Source: Blastocatellia bacterium (GTDB lineage Bacteria > Acidobacteriota > Blastocatellia > UBA7656). From it: 64,000 nt of DNA. The notes beneath the pieces were generated by a model, which saw only the letters and a list, made by a program, of their open reading frames with translations, made no database searches and had not been told where the DNA came from. The translations under genes were made by a program, and so were the position numbers. The stretch covers positions 591,898 through 655,897 of the forward strand of contig CAVXWP010000001.1 in assembly GCA_963765495.1 (NCBI GenBank). Reading direction: 5' to 3'. Each line of letters begins with the position of its first letter. Position 1 is the stretch's first letter. Shown here piece after piece: positions 22,454 through 33,693 of this stretch.

Positions 22454-23896
22454 TCAATTCGGGCTTGCCGAACGGCGCGGGCGAGTCTCCCTCTGCAACA
22501 CTTCGTCGCGGGCGCGAGGCCGACCGCTCATACGCCACTCGATGCGTTTGATTGCGACCGTCGCCATATCGGACGTATCTGCGCCCGAAGTCCGCGCCAC
22601 CGGCTCAAGTTCGCGCACCGTATCCTGGTTGCCTATCTGGCCGAGTATGTCAATCACCTTGCGCCGAACGGTCTTGTTGCTCGATCTGATGTAAGGGTAG
22701 AGGTCGGCAGGGTCGTTGCTCTCCAAGAGATACTCGCGCATCGTTTCTTCTTTATCGCTGTCGAGTTCGTTGACGATGTAGCGGATATTGGGGCGGCTGC
22801 CCATCTTATAAATCGCCCAGTGCTGGGCCAGTTTCACATCGCTGTCGCGCTCGACAAGCACAAGGCGCGAAATCTGATCCATGTAGTGCGGGTCGGCTAT
22901 GCGCGCAAGCCCTTCGAAGGCGTACTGACGGCGGTCGCCGTCCGGGTCGCCCATGTTCTCTACGAATATCTGTTCGGCCCTTTCGTCGCCTATGAGCGAG
23001 AGCGCCCACAGCGCCGCCTCGTCTCGCGGCGGCAAATAAGTAAACACTCCCTTCACCTTGCGCGTGACCCGCGAGAAGGTGTTTCTTTTCTGGGGACCGA
23101 GCCCGTAAACGGAAAGCAGAGGCTCGACGGCCGGGCGATATTTGAGCGCGCCGGCCGCATACATCGCCTGCGTGCGAACCTTCTGATCCGAATCGCGGAA
23201 GAAGGGAATAAGGTATTGTCCTGCCGCCGGGTCTCCGATTTTTATAAAGGCTCGGATTACGTCTATGCGGACGTCCTGGTCGGCGTTGAGCGCGTCGGCC
23301 AGTTGAGGCAGCGCATTATAGCCGCGCAGAACGCCGAGCGCGCGAATGGCGGCTATGCGGACATCGCGCTCGTTATCCCCCCGGGCCGATTGGCCGAGCG
23401 CATTTATGATCGAGGGATCAACCTGTATATAAGGCTCTATGATCTCGTGATCGCTCGTATCCAGAAAAGGATTGAAGCGATTCCATCCCGTGCGCCGGTT
23501 TGTGATGAAATCAATATCGTGTTCGGTGTAGAGGGCGACAAGGGCCTTGACCGCAGTTGAGCGCACATCCTTGTCGGAATCCTTGAGCGCGCCAAGCATC
23601 TCGGGGAGGGCCGAGAAATCCTTTATCAATCCGAGCGCCCAGACGGCTTCGGCGCGTACCTCGCGGTTGTCGTCTTTGCTTGCGGAGACGGCAAGCGCTT
23701 CGACAACGAGTTGAGTGCGAAAACGGCGCTCGCCCAGTTTGTGCGCGGCATCGCGTCGAGTGTCGGCGTTGGGGCTTTTCAGATACGCAAGCAATGTTTC
23801 GAGTGATTGAGTCTCGCCGAGCGCAGGCACTGAAAGCGCCAGCGTCGCAAACGCGAGAATCAATAGACGCGCGTTTATCTTTGTTTTTGAAATCAT
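22454..23896 (-). CDS. HEAT-repeat (PBS-lyase-like) secreted protein
   Basis: Signal peptide plus about 10 repeats of DxxVRxxAxxALGxI. Confidence 0.75.
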   Translation of the reverse strand: MISKTKINARLLILAFATLALSVPALGETQSLETLLAYLKSPNADTRRDAAHKLGERRFRTQLVVEALAVSASKDDNREVRAEAVWALGLIKDFSALPEMLGALKDSDKDVRSTAVKALVALYTEHDIDFITNRRTGWNRFNPFLDTSDHEIIEPYIQVDPSIINALGQSARGDNERDVRIAAIRALGVLRGYNALPQLADALNADQDVRIDVIRAFIKIGDPAAGQYLIPFFRDSDQKVRTQAMYAAGALKYRPAVEPLLSVYGLGPQKRNTFSRVTRKVKGVFTYLPPRDEAALWALSLIGDERAEQIFVENMGDPDGDRRQYAFEGLARIADPHYMDQISRLVLVERDSDVKLAQHWAIYKMGSRPNIRYIVNELDSDKEETMREYLLESNDPADLYPYIRSSNKTVRRKVIDILGQIGNQDTVRELEPVARTSGADTSDMATVAIKRIEWRMSGRPRARDEVLQRETRPRRSASPN

Positions 23897-24356
23897 GACA
23901 AAACTCCTAGGAAGAGACTGCCGACCGGGGCTGAACCGAGGGCCGGTGGGGCTACAAGTGGGAACCTGTCTTTATCCACAGACATTGTTGTCCGCATAGC
24001 GAATCAAAGTCAAGCTGTACGCTGCAAAATGGCTTGCCTGAAGCCACTCCAAAGAATCTCAGGCTTGATGATCAGCCTCCGGCTACAGTTGCCTGACGTG
24101 ACGGGCAAAATACGAGATTTGTATGGTATCGAGCCATTAGATTTCAGATTTACATTTGAGATTCGAAACCTGAGACAGTCAGAGTCTGTGTGGAACGGTG
24201 ATTGCCCTTCTCCTAAAAACGGCGTTATCGGCGCGCGGAATTGTATTTGTTGAGTTCAGATACCCGCGTCAGAGTGTAGCGTTTTCGAGTGATTCAGAGC
24301 CAGGTTTTTATGAACGGGATGGTTTTGCATTTCAAACGATTTGAAGGAGGGAGAGG

Positions 24357-25886
24357 TTGATGAGCATACGAAAATTAACTATAACTAGCGCGCTCGTGTT
24401 GATAATGATTTCGGGGGCGGCTTTCGCTCAAAGGGGCGAAGTGATAACAGTGGGGCCGACCGCGCAGGTAGTGCCTATCCGGCATACGGTTCTCGCCGTC
24501 GAGTACCCTGAAAATAACGGCACCGAAGTCGATATGATCGGCACGACCCTTGCCCCGCGAGCCAGAGGCGAGGCCGAGGTAAAACGCAAAGAGGGTCGCA
24601 CCCGTATAAAACTGAAGATGAAAGACCTGGGCCATCCTCAAGCCCTGGGCGGCTATTACACCACGTTTATCCTGTGGGCCATAGCTCCCGAAGGCCAGGC
24701 AGACAATCTGGCCGAGTTGCAGATAAAGAATGAATTCGATGTAGAAGTGACCACAGCATTTCAGACTTTCGGCCTGTTGATAACCGCCGAGCCGCATTCC
24801 GCGGTCAAGTCTCCCAGCCCCGTCGTTGTGGCTGAGAACGCTCTGCAAAAAGACACCGAAGGCCGCATCAAAGTGAGCCGGATAGATTATCGCGGCAATG
24901 ACGCGATTGTTTATCTCGTCTCTTCGACCGATGCTCCGGCATTGAGCGCCGATTACAGCACGCCGCTTGTCATACTCGGCGCGCGAAATTCGGTCGAGAT
25001 AGCCCGCCGCGCAGGCGCTTCCCAGTACGCCGAAGATGAACTGAGACAGGCCGAGATAAAGCTCGCGGCCCTGGAGCAGTTATGGCCCGGAGAGCGCAAG
25101 GACCTGGAGAAATATACGGGTATGGCCCACGATGTGATGCGATTGGGTGAGCAGGCCCGAGAGCTTACGGTCGAGCGAATTGCCGCTTCCCGCCTCGATG
25201 CCGAACGGCAGGAAGCCAGATCAACCATAGAGGCGGCGCAGACGGAAGCCGACCTGGCGCGCGACGAAGCCGCGCAGGCCAGACAGGAAGCCGACCAGTA
25301 TCGCGAAGCGGTCGAAAAGGCAGAAAAAGAGATTGCCCTGGCGCACGAACGCGTAGACCAGGCCCAGACCGAAGCCGACCGCGCAAAGGCTAACGAAGAA
25401 CTGGCGCGAACCGAGGCCGAGCGGGCTCGCATAGAAGCCGAGCACGCGAAACAGGACAAGGCCGAACTCGAACAGCGATTATATGTTTCGCTTTCCGAGA
25501 TTCTGGAAACTCGCCGCGAAGCTCGCGGATTGATCGTGAGCCTGAGTGATGTCTTATTCGATTTTAACAAGGCATCGCTCAAACCCGGCGCTCGCGAAAA
25601 ACTGAGCAAGCTGGCCGGGATACTGATTGCCTATCCGGGCAATTATCATATCGAGATCGAAGGCCACACCGACAGCATCGGAACGCCTGAGTATAATCGC
25701 AAGCTTTCGGAAGACCGCGCCGATTCGGTGCGTTATTACCTGACGCAGACCGGCATAGCCGCCGACCGCATAACCGGCACGCGAGGTCTTGGCGAAATGC
25801 AACCCGTCGCCACAAACGACACGCCCGAAGGCAGACAGATGAACCGTCGCGTGGAGATCATCATCACCGACACAGACAATAAGTAA
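24357..25886 (+). CDS. OmpA-family protein with coiled-coil region and C-terminal OmpA/MotB peptidoglycan-binding domain
   Basis: C-terminal ...LFDFNKASLKPGAREKL...HTDSIGTPEYNRKLSEDRADSV; GAAGGAGGGAGAGG RBS. Confidence 0.8.
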   Translation: MMSIRKLTITSALVLIMISGAAFAQRGEVITVGPTAQVVPIRHTVLAVEYPENNGTEVDMIGTTLAPRARGEAEVKRKEGRTRIKLKMKDLGHPQALGGYYTTFILWAIAPEGQADNLAELQIKNEFDVEVTTAFQTFGLLITAEPHSAVKSPSPVVVAENALQKDTEGRIKVSRIDYRGNDAIVYLVSSTDAPALSADYSTPLVILGARNSVEIARRAGASQYAEDELRQAEIKLAALEQLWPGERKDLEKYTGMAHDVMRLGEQARELTVERIAASRLDAERQEARSTIEAAQTEADLARDEAAQARQEADQYREAVEKAEKEIALAHERVDQAQTEADRAKANEELARTEAERARIEAEHAKQDKAELEQRLYVSLSEILETRREARGLIVSLSDVLFDFNKASLKPGAREKLSKLAGILIAYPGNYHIEIEGHTDSIGTPEYNRKLSEDRADSVRYYLTQTGIAADRITGTRGLGEMQPVATNDTPEGRQMNRRVEIIITDTDNK

Positions 25887-25904
25887 GCCGGTTGATGATT
25901 GGTA

Positions 25905-25960
25905 ACCCTTGAGCGAGTGCCTTGATTCAAATCAGGGCCCTCGCTTTGTTCAATATTTGA
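25905..25960 (+). terminator. twin-hairpin terminator after the ompA-like gene
   Basis: agcgagtgccttgattcaaatcagggccctcgct followed by ttgttcaatatttgaacaa. Confidence 0.5.
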
Positions 25961-26105
25961 ACAATCGAGACTTCTCGGGCCAGGAGAGTGCTTTGGTAGC
26001 CAGTGGAAAAGCAAGCCGGCATCAGTCTGATATACATTCTGATACCGTATTGAGTTGAGACAATCAGAATAAATTTAAGCGACAACCTCGGATAGAGATA
26101 ACCTG

Positions 26106-26468
26106 TTATACGCCGGCCGTCCGGCGCGACCCGGTGTAGAAGACATAAACCGGATCGTCCATGTCTCCCAGATGAATCGCGGACCAGACAAACCTCTCAT
26201 CCGGGTCGTGAGTTATCACTTCGCCTGCGGCGGCAAAACCGTCCTCATCGGTCTCGGTGATAGCGATTGCAACCCACTGATTCGGATAGATGCGTTTGAT
26301 CTCTCCAAGCGAACAGCTAACAACCCCACTACCAAACATTGTTGGATAACCTCCGGGCATACTGGGCATTTGACGTATTATCGGGAACATCTGCTTAATC
26401 AAATTCTTAAGGGGCTGTGGGGAAAAGCAAGCAGTGCAGGGGACGACCGCTCGCCTACATTGTAGCAC
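26106..26468 (-). CDS. hypothetical small protein (start uncertain)
   Basis: ORF only; the C-terminal 75 aa look protein-like (WVAIAITETDEDGFAAAGEVITHDPDERFVWSAIHLGD). Confidence 0.35.
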   Translation of the reverse strand: MLQCRRAVVPCTACFSPQPLKNLIKQMFPIIRQMPSMPGGYPTMFGSGVVSCSLGEIKRIYPNQWVAIAITETDEDGFAAAGEVITHDPDERFVWSAIHLGDMDDPVYVFYTGSRRTAGV

Positions 26469-26518
26469 TGGATGTCAAGCTCTGGAATTTAAAGAATCTG
26501 CTCGGCCAGGGAATGAAA

Positions 26519-26584
26519 CAGCCACAGAGGCGCAAAGACACAGAGAAATAATTCATAAACTCTGTGGCTTTGCGCCTCTGTGGC
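26519..26584. repeat. CACAGAG-type palindromic element / mdh terminator
   Basis: cagccacagaggcgcaaagacacagag - loop - ctctgtggctttgcgcctctgtggc (one mismatch). Confidence 0.65.
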
Positions 26585-26630
26585 AAAGCAAGGCGAGCAC
26601 CGCTATCTAAATCATGCAGGCGGGCTTTTA

Positions 26631-27656
<1,026 letters not shown>

Positions 27657-27747
27657 CTAAGGAGTGCCAATCGTAAATCGACATGCGAGTGCATAAGACT
27701 GCGCGACTCCTGGATTTGAGATCTGAGATCTAAGGAGATTTGAAGTT

Positions 27748-27903
27748 TCAGTGCTTCTCTTTGAATCTGTGACCGCAAGCCTTGCACTTGTAAAACTGCC
27801 CCACACGCTTCGGCGAGTAGGCGCGGGTCTTGCCGCAGTGAGGGCATTTCCTCTTAACACTTTTTATCGAGTCGAATATTACAGGCATCCAGATCGGGTT
27901 CAT
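27748..27903 (-). CDS. small C4 zinc-ribbon protein (51 aa), not in the ORF track
   Basis: Hand translation: MNPIWMPVIFDSIKSVKRKCPHCGKTRAYSPKRVGQFYKCKACGHRFKEKH; GGGGGAGG RBS about 8 nt upstream. Confidence 0.55.
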   Translation of the reverse strand: MNPIWMPVIFDSIKSVKRKCPHCGKTRAYSPKRVGQFYKCKACGHRFKEKH

Positions 27904-27956
27904 AAATCCCTGCCTCCCCCGGTCATTTCAGCATATCACAATCCTCTGACTCGGAA

Positions 27957-29948
27957 TTATCGGCCCGGCCCGTTATCGGTTCTGAATGGAGAGGCCGGAA
28001 GCCCCGCGCCGTTGTAGAGGTTCGTCGCCGGGTTGTCGGCCCACGCATAACGCACCGCCTTCGGCTGCGCGACCGATTCGCTCCATACTACTACCTCATT
28101 GCCCTCGATCTTTGCGCTCGCCCAGACAAATTTCCCGTCCGCGCCCGCAATAGAAAATCCCTCGACCGCCGCGCCGTCCGTAGTGCGCAGCCCCTCGGCG
28201 TGCGAGAACTTTATTCGCGCCCTGTCGCCTTCGACCGTAAACGATTTGTAGAGCGGTCCTGAAAACTCGACCGCTTGCCCGTAGGTCTTTGCCAGCGCCC
28301 AGAGCGCGAGGCGATGGCCCACATCCTGTTTGTTTTTCGGATGAATGTCGTTTGCCTCGCCGATGTCGATAATGACCGCCATGCCGGTCGCGGGTTCCTT
28401 GAGCGTCATCAATTGCGCCTCGCGCAGTTCGGCCCAGTCGCTTGGGCCGGGCTCCGGTTTTCGCGCCTGAAAATTTGCAAGCTGAACAAAAAGGAATGGA
28501 AAGTCTCCTTCGCCCCACTGAGCGCGCCAGTTGCGAATCATCGCGGGGAAAAGAGTCTGATACTGCCGGGCGCGGTTGGCGTTTGATTCGCCCTGATACC
28601 AGATCGCGCCGCGAATACGGTAGGGAGTGAGCGGCGCAAGCATCGCGTTGTAAAGCACGGTCGGGGTATTCGGGTTGCCCGCCCCGGCCGGAGCTACGGG
28701 TTGCTTTGAGAAATCCACTTTTATCGGCTCGATGCTTGTCTCTATCTTGTAGAGCCAGTCACCGGCAAGCGAGATGGGCGACCCGCCCGCAACCGTGAGC
28801 GTCATATCGGCTCCCGCGCCGCTAAAGCCTCCATCCCCGTAATGATCGAAAGCGCGCACGGCGATCACATTGCGACCGGCGCGGACGAGCGAGCCGGGAA
28901 CAGTGTATTTTCTTGGAGCCATATAAAAATTCGGCGTTTCGCGGCCCGTCGAGCCAACCTTTGTGCCGTTGAAATAGGTTGTGTCGAAATCGTCTATGGC
29001 TCCGAGGCTGAGCGCAAGCTCTTTTCCGGCCCAATCTGCCGGAACATCTACGACCTTGCGAAACCAGACCGAGCCGTCAATGGCAAGCCCCGCCGATTCC
29101 CAGTGTTGCGGCAATCGCATCTTTTTCCAGTCTTCATCGGAAAAATCGGGCCGGGCGTACCCAAGATCGAACCCTTTGTTTCCGGGGTCGTGCGCGAAAT
29201 TCTCATCTTCCCACTTCGCCTGCGCCGCCTCGTATTCACGCATCGCCGAAGGAAGGTCTTTCGCGGCGAGGTCCAGAGCTTCGGTCATAGGTCGAAGTTC
29301 AGGGCTGGCCGCAAGCGTCTCGCGGCTGGTCCACGCTTCGGCGGGTGTGCCTCCCCACGAAGAGTGAATAAGCCCGACGGGAACCTTGAGTTTGTCGTGC
29401 AAATCGCGGCCAAAGAAATATGCGACGGCCGAAAATGTCCCGGCTGTCTCGGGCGTGCACGCGACCCATCGGCCCTCGACATCGTCGCGCGGTTCGAGCG
29501 AAGTTGCTTTCGTCACGGTAAAGAGCCGAATATCGGGATAATTTGCCCGCGCCACTTCGTCTGCGCCGTGAATCACATTCTGAAGCTGCCATTCCATGTT
29601 TGATTGACCCGAGCCGACCCACACTTCGCCGACCAGGACGTTTTTGATGACGATAGTGTTCTTTCCGGCTATCGTCATCTCGAACGGGCCGCCCGCTTTG
29701 AACGGGCCGATCTGCGCCTCCCAATGCCCTTTAGCGTCGGCCACAGCCATCGCCTGCTTGCCTGCCATCATAACCTTCACGCGCTCGGATGGCGCGGCCC
29801 ATCCCCACACACGAGCCTTTACGCCCTGTTGAACGACCATGTTATCGCCTATGAGCGCAGGCAATTTCACATCTGCTCGCGTGGGCGAGGCGAAGGCTAT
29901 AGTCAGACATAGGATTGAAATCGTCATAATCACGTGGTTGAATTTCAT
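27957..29948 (-). CDS. sialate O-acetylesterase-like (DUF303/SGNH) secreted hydrolase
   Basis: GSGQSNMEW motif; signal peptide from MKFNHVIMTISILCLTIAFA (start 29948). Confidence 0.7.
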   Translation of the reverse strand: MKFNHVIMTISILCLTIAFASPTRADVKLPALIGDNMVVQQGVKARVWGWAAPSERVKVMMAGKQAMAVADAKGHWEAQIGPFKAGGPFEMTIAGKNTIVIKNVLVGEVWVGSGQSNMEWQLQNVIHGADEVARANYPDIRLFTVTKATSLEPRDDVEGRWVACTPETAGTFSAVAYFFGRDLHDKLKVPVGLIHSSWGGTPAEAWTSRETLAASPELRPMTEALDLAAKDLPSAMREYEAAQAKWEDENFAHDPGNKGFDLGYARPDFSDEDWKKMRLPQHWESAGLAIDGSVWFRKVVDVPADWAGKELALSLGAIDDFDTTYFNGTKVGSTGRETPNFYMAPRKYTVPGSLVRAGRNVIAVRAFDHYGDGGFSGAGADMTLTVAGGSPISLAGDWLYKIETSIEPIKVDFSKQPVAPAGAGNPNTPTVLYNAMLAPLTPYRIRGAIWYQGESNANRARQYQTLFPAMIRNWRAQWGEGDFPFLFVQLANFQARKPEPGPSDWAELREAQLMTLKEPATGMAVIIDIGEANDIHPKNKQDVGHRLALWALAKTYGQAVEFSGPLYKSFTVEGDRARIKFSHAEGLRTTDGAAVEGFSIAGADGKFVWASAKIEGNEVVVWSESVAQPKAVRYAWADNPATNLYNGAGLPASPFRTDNGPGR

Positions 29949-30250
29949 ATTTCTATTATTGCGCGGCGTGACACCTGGGCCGCTCTCCTTTCTCGTGTGA
30001 TCGAATTGCCGGATGAGCCAAAGCATATACTCAACCGACCGGGTTCGTAAAAGCATTTTGAAGCAAAAGGCCGGGCATCCACCCGAAGCCTTCTGGACAA
30101 ACCGAGATATTTAGTGAAAATAGAGTGAGTGAGCGGACACCATCATCTCACGGCTGTCGAGCATTACAACTAATCTTTAACTGGAGAATACAGACGCAGA
30201 TGACAACCCGAATCCAGCGATTGTCACTCTGCTGAAATAAGAAACAGACT

Positions 30251-31633
30251 ATGAAACGAACCACGATCTTTGGCCTCGCGGCCTGCGGCGCGGCACTCTG
30301 GGCGGCGCAAACCATACTGGCCAGTCCTGAAACACCTCACGAGGGCGCGGCCGAGGCTTCGCACGGCGCGCTCGATCCGATGGTGCTCTTAGGCATCGCG
30401 GTAATCCTGATAGTAGCCAAGCTGGGCGGCGAGTTGTTCGAGCGATTTCATCAGCCCGCTGTCCTGGGAGAGCTTATCAGCGGCATCATCGTAGGCAATC
30501 TCGCGCTGGTCGGATTCACTATGGCCGAGCCTTTGAAAAGCGATGCGGTCATAGGCGCGCTGGCCGAGATCGGAGTCATCATCCTGCTGTTTGAAGTGGG
30601 GCTGGAATCGAATCTCGGTGAGATGCTGGAAGTCGGATGGTCGTCTCTGTTCGTAGCCGTGGCGGGCGTGATCGCTCCCTTTTTCCTCGGGTGGGGCGTG
30701 GCGGCTTACTTTATCCCCGACGAAGCGGAACTGGGTCACATCTTCATAGGCGCTACGCTTTGCGCCACCAGCGTAGGCATCACTGCGCGAGTGCTGAAAG
30801 ACATGGGCAAGCTCGATGCGCGCGAGTCTCGAATCATTCTGGGCGCGGCCGTGATTGACGACGTTTTGGGATTGCTGATTCTCGCCGTTGTGGCGGGCGC
30901 TATCAATTCGGCCTCAACCGGGCAGGCGCTCTCGGCGCTCGACGTAATCATAATAGCGGGCAAAGCGATTCTGTTTCTGATCGGAGCAATCCTACTCGGG
31001 CACTTCGTCGTGCCGCGTCTGTTTCATAACGCCGGGCGACTTGAAAGCCGGGGCGTGCTTCTGGCGCTGGCCATCTCTTTTTGTTTCGTGCTTGCGTGGA
31101 TAGCATCTCGCGTAGGGCTTGCGCCGATTGTAGGAGCATTCGCCGCCGGGCTTGTGCTCGACGAAGCCTACTTCGATAAATTCCGTCAGAAAGGCGAGCA
31201 TTCGCTTGAGCATCTGCTCAAGCCAATAAGCGCGCTGCTTGTGCCGATATTTTTTGTGTTGATGGGATTAAAGGTCGATCTGCGCGCATTCGCCCGGCTC
31301 GATCTGCTTGGCTTTGCGATGGTGCTGACGCTGGTCGCGATAATCGGCAAGCAGATATGCTCGCTCGCCGTGGCCGAGCGCAACCTCAACCGCCTCTCAA
31401 TCGGGCTGGGGATGATACCGCGCGGCGAGGTAGGTCTGATTTTCGCAGGCATTGGAGCCACGTTGATGCTGCCCAACCTCGAAGGCGTGATGGAGCCGGT
31501 AATCAGTTCAGGCACATTCGGCGCGGTGGTGATAATGGTCATCATCACTACGCTTGTCACACCGCCCGCGCTGAAATGGTCGCTTGACCGCACGCCTTCC
31601 GAGAAAGAAAAAAAGGTGGAAGAGAGCGTGTGA
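30251..31633 (+). CDS. cation:proton antiporter (CPA family, Kef/NhaP-like)
   Basis: 12-13 TM segments and Na_H_Exchanger-like GxxxG-rich helices. Confidence 0.8.
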   Translation: MKRTTIFGLAACGAALWAAQTILASPETPHEGAAEASHGALDPMVLLGIAVILIVAKLGGELFERFHQPAVLGELISGIIVGNLALVGFTMAEPLKSDAVIGALAEIGVIILLFEVGLESNLGEMLEVGWSSLFVAVAGVIAPFFLGWGVAAYFIPDEAELGHIFIGATLCATSVGITARVLKDMGKLDARESRIILGAAVIDDVLGLLILAVVAGAINSASTGQALSALDVIIIAGKAILFLIGAILLGHFVVPRLFHNAGRLESRGVLLALAISFCFVLAWIASRVGLAPIVGAFAAGLVLDEAYFDKFRQKGEHSLEHLLKPISALLVPIFFVLMGLKVDLRAFARLDLLGFAMVLTLVAIIGKQICSLAVAERNLNRLSIGLGMIPRGEVGLIFAGIGATLMLPNLEGVMEPVISSGTFGAVVIMVIITTLVTPPALKWSLDRTPSEKEKKVEESV

Positions 31634-31641
31634 CCCGCGCT

Positions 31642-31958
31642 CCGTGATGCGTGAAGAGTGATGCGTGATTTAGCAGGCTTGCATGTAATCTTTATCAGGA
31701 GGTCTGCTAAATTATTCCGCAAGAGATTGGTACAAATGAAATTGAATGAAAGGCAAATTGAAATAGGCCGCGGATTTACGCGGATGCGGCGGATTAGCGC
31801 GGATTAGATCAAATTGGGACTGATCCGCGTAAATCCGTCGCATCCGCGTCATCCGTGGTCTATTTCTACTCACCCTATGTTGGAGTTTCGCTTGTACCAA
31901 TCTTGTGCATTTCGATTTAGAAAGTCACGAATCAAGCATCACTCTTCACGTGAGCGCA
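31642..31958. repeat. about 310-bp nested imperfect palindrome; outer arms are GATGCGTGAAGAGTGATGCGTGATTTAGCAGG type
   Basis: Outer arms ccgtgatgcgtgaagagtgatgcgtgatttagcagg / aatcaagcatcactcttcacgtgagcgcac. A middle tier is caagagattggtacaaatgaaattga / gagtttcgcttgtaccaatcttgtg. The inner tier is ggatttacgcggatgcggcggattagcgcggat / atccgcgtaaatccgtcgcatccgcg. It lies between convergent genes. Confidence 0.75.
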
Positions 31959-31973
31959 CCATTGCCGTTTTTT

Positions 31974-33683
31974 TCAACTTCCAAGCTTCAATATCGCATC
32001 GCGGAGCCGCGCGTGTTTCCGAAGCAGATTGACATACTGCCATTCGTCCGCGCCTCCTTTGGCCCGAATTATTCGAACGAGACCGCTCTTTTCAGCAGCG
32101 GTCCAGTTTTTCAGATCGGGGATGAGGGCAAGCACCAGCGCGAGATTTTCAAACGCCCGCAGCTCGTTCGGTCTCCATCTGTCACGCTGAATTTCGAGCG
32201 CGCGGGCGACTTCCTTTATTGAGGCCGCTCGGACACGCGCCGCGTCCGAGTCAAACTCTTCCGCCATGCGATGCTGAACCGCGAGGGCCAGATTGCGTAC
32301 CTGAAAATTGTCCCAATCGCCACCGGGTGATCCGGGCATCTCGAAGACTACGTGCCCGGACGAAAGACGCCGAAGAGTCTTAACAGATGTTCTGTACCCG
32401 GGTCTGGATTTTATCTTCTTCTCTTCGGCGAGAGTCAGTTTCAAAAGCTCCGGCTTTACGGGGCGGAAACCGAGCTTACGGTAAAACCAGAATGCGCCCG
32501 ACTCGATTGCCTCTTCGTTGTTGTAACCTACCTGATAAGGGTCTATCGAGATCGTCGTCACACCGAGAACCTGATTTAGAAGTTTGAGCGCCCGCCCGTA
32601 CACCCACGCCGATTCGCCTTCGCGAAATGTGTAGAAAGTATTGAAGCCGATCTCCATACGTTCAAACAGCGTAATGCCCTCGATGTAATTTATCGGCACA
32701 CCGTTTTTGAGCGTAAACCCTGCCGCATACCCTCGCAGCGGCAACCGGCGTTCGGGCGCAAGCCCCCACAAAAAAATGCTTGTGCCTCGACCCATATCGG
32801 CTTGCACTGCGGTTTTCGGGTCGCCGTTTGTGATGCCGTAAAGCTCTCGATACCTGACCGCCGTCGCCTCCTTCACCATATCGAGTATCGCTTCGCCTTC
32901 ACTCGGCCTCAGCCTCTCAAGTTCCAGGGGCGGCGAATCAAGCTCCTGAACGATATCAACATCGCTGCGGCGAAGAAGCGCGCCCGTGTGATAAAAGACC
33001 TCCGGCACCCGGCGTTTCAACGCCGTGCGCGAAACCGGGAGTTCCTGCATTTCCCATCTGAGGGGCAATTCCATCAAATCGTAAAGCTGCGCTTTCTCTC
33101 TATGCGCAAGCGGCAGGCGGTCAAAGCCGCGAAGAAGCAATGAAAGATCCGATTCGTCTCGCGCTTTTGCGGCGCGGAGCCAGTCAAGATAAGGGATGTT
33201 CGCCTCGACGAGCGAGTCTTCTTCAAGCAGAGGGAGCAGGCGGGGCCAGACAGAGCCCAGCCGTTCTTTCTTCTCGTAGCGATCCCAATCAACCTCGACC
33301 CTTTCAGGAAAACGTCTGACCAGAAAGCGCGCGATTTCGTAGCTGAACGTGCCCGAAAGCGCGGTTCCGGCGATGCCCGAATATTCAATGTAATTGAACG
33401 GCGTGAGGTCTGCGCCCGTCGAGCGAAGATGTTCTACGCGCGAGGAAAACCCGGCGACGAGGTCTTCGACCCTGCCGAGCACTTCCCTGCTCTGCGGGTA
33501 TGCGCGCAAAAAAAGTAGCGCCTCGTGAAGACGTATGAGCGAAAGCGCGTCGGGGAAATTCCTGCGAGCAAGCTCAGTGAGCAACTTCTCTACGCGTTTG
33601 CCGTCGCCCTTATTGAAATGGCGCTTTGCTTCTTCGAGTTGTGAAAGAAGATCATCGAGTGTTCTGGGCGGCATAATTTTCAC
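31974..33683 (-). CDS. hypothetical protein (569 aa) with GNAT-like C-terminal motif
   Basis: Long ORF whose C-terminal half contains SGAFWFYRKLGFRP, resembling an acetyl-CoA-binding motif; no other family recognised. Confidence 0.5.
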   Translation of the reverse strand: MKIMPPRTLDDLLSQLEEAKRHFNKGDGKRVEKLLTELARRNFPDALSLIRLHEALLFLRAYPQSREVLGRVEDLVAGFSSRVEHLRSTGADLTPFNYIEYSGIAGTALSGTFSYEIARFLVRRFPERVEVDWDRYEKKERLGSVWPRLLPLLEEDSLVEANIPYLDWLRAAKARDESDLSLLLRGFDRLPLAHREKAQLYDLMELPLRWEMQELPVSRTALKRRVPEVFYHTGALLRRSDVDIVQELDSPPLELERLRPSEGEAILDMVKEATAVRYRELYGITNGDPKTAVQADMGRGTSIFLWGLAPERRLPLRGYAAGFTLKNGVPINYIEGITLFERMEIGFNTFYTFREGESAWVYGRALKLLNQVLGVTTISIDPYQVGYNNEEAIESGAFWFYRKLGFRPVKPELLKLTLAEEKKIKSRPGYRTSVKTLRRLSSGHVVFEMPGSPGGDWDNFQVRNLALAVQHRMAEEFDSDAARVRAASIKEVARALEIQRDRWRPNELRAFENLALVLALIPDLKNWTAAEKSGLVRIIRAKGGADEWQYVNLLRKHARLRDAILKLGS

Positions 33684-33693
33684 AGAGTACTTT

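Noticed and set aside
22256-23560. 434-aa plus-strand ORF
   Set aside because: Antisense to the HEAT-repeat gene, which has clear repeats and a signal peptide; the translation is R/A-rich junk.
26519-26584. CACAGAG palindrome as an independent mobile element
   Set aside because: Only two copies seen (26519 and 39678), both positioned as simple terminators. Kept as a sibling of the heptamer-palindrome family rather than a separate system.
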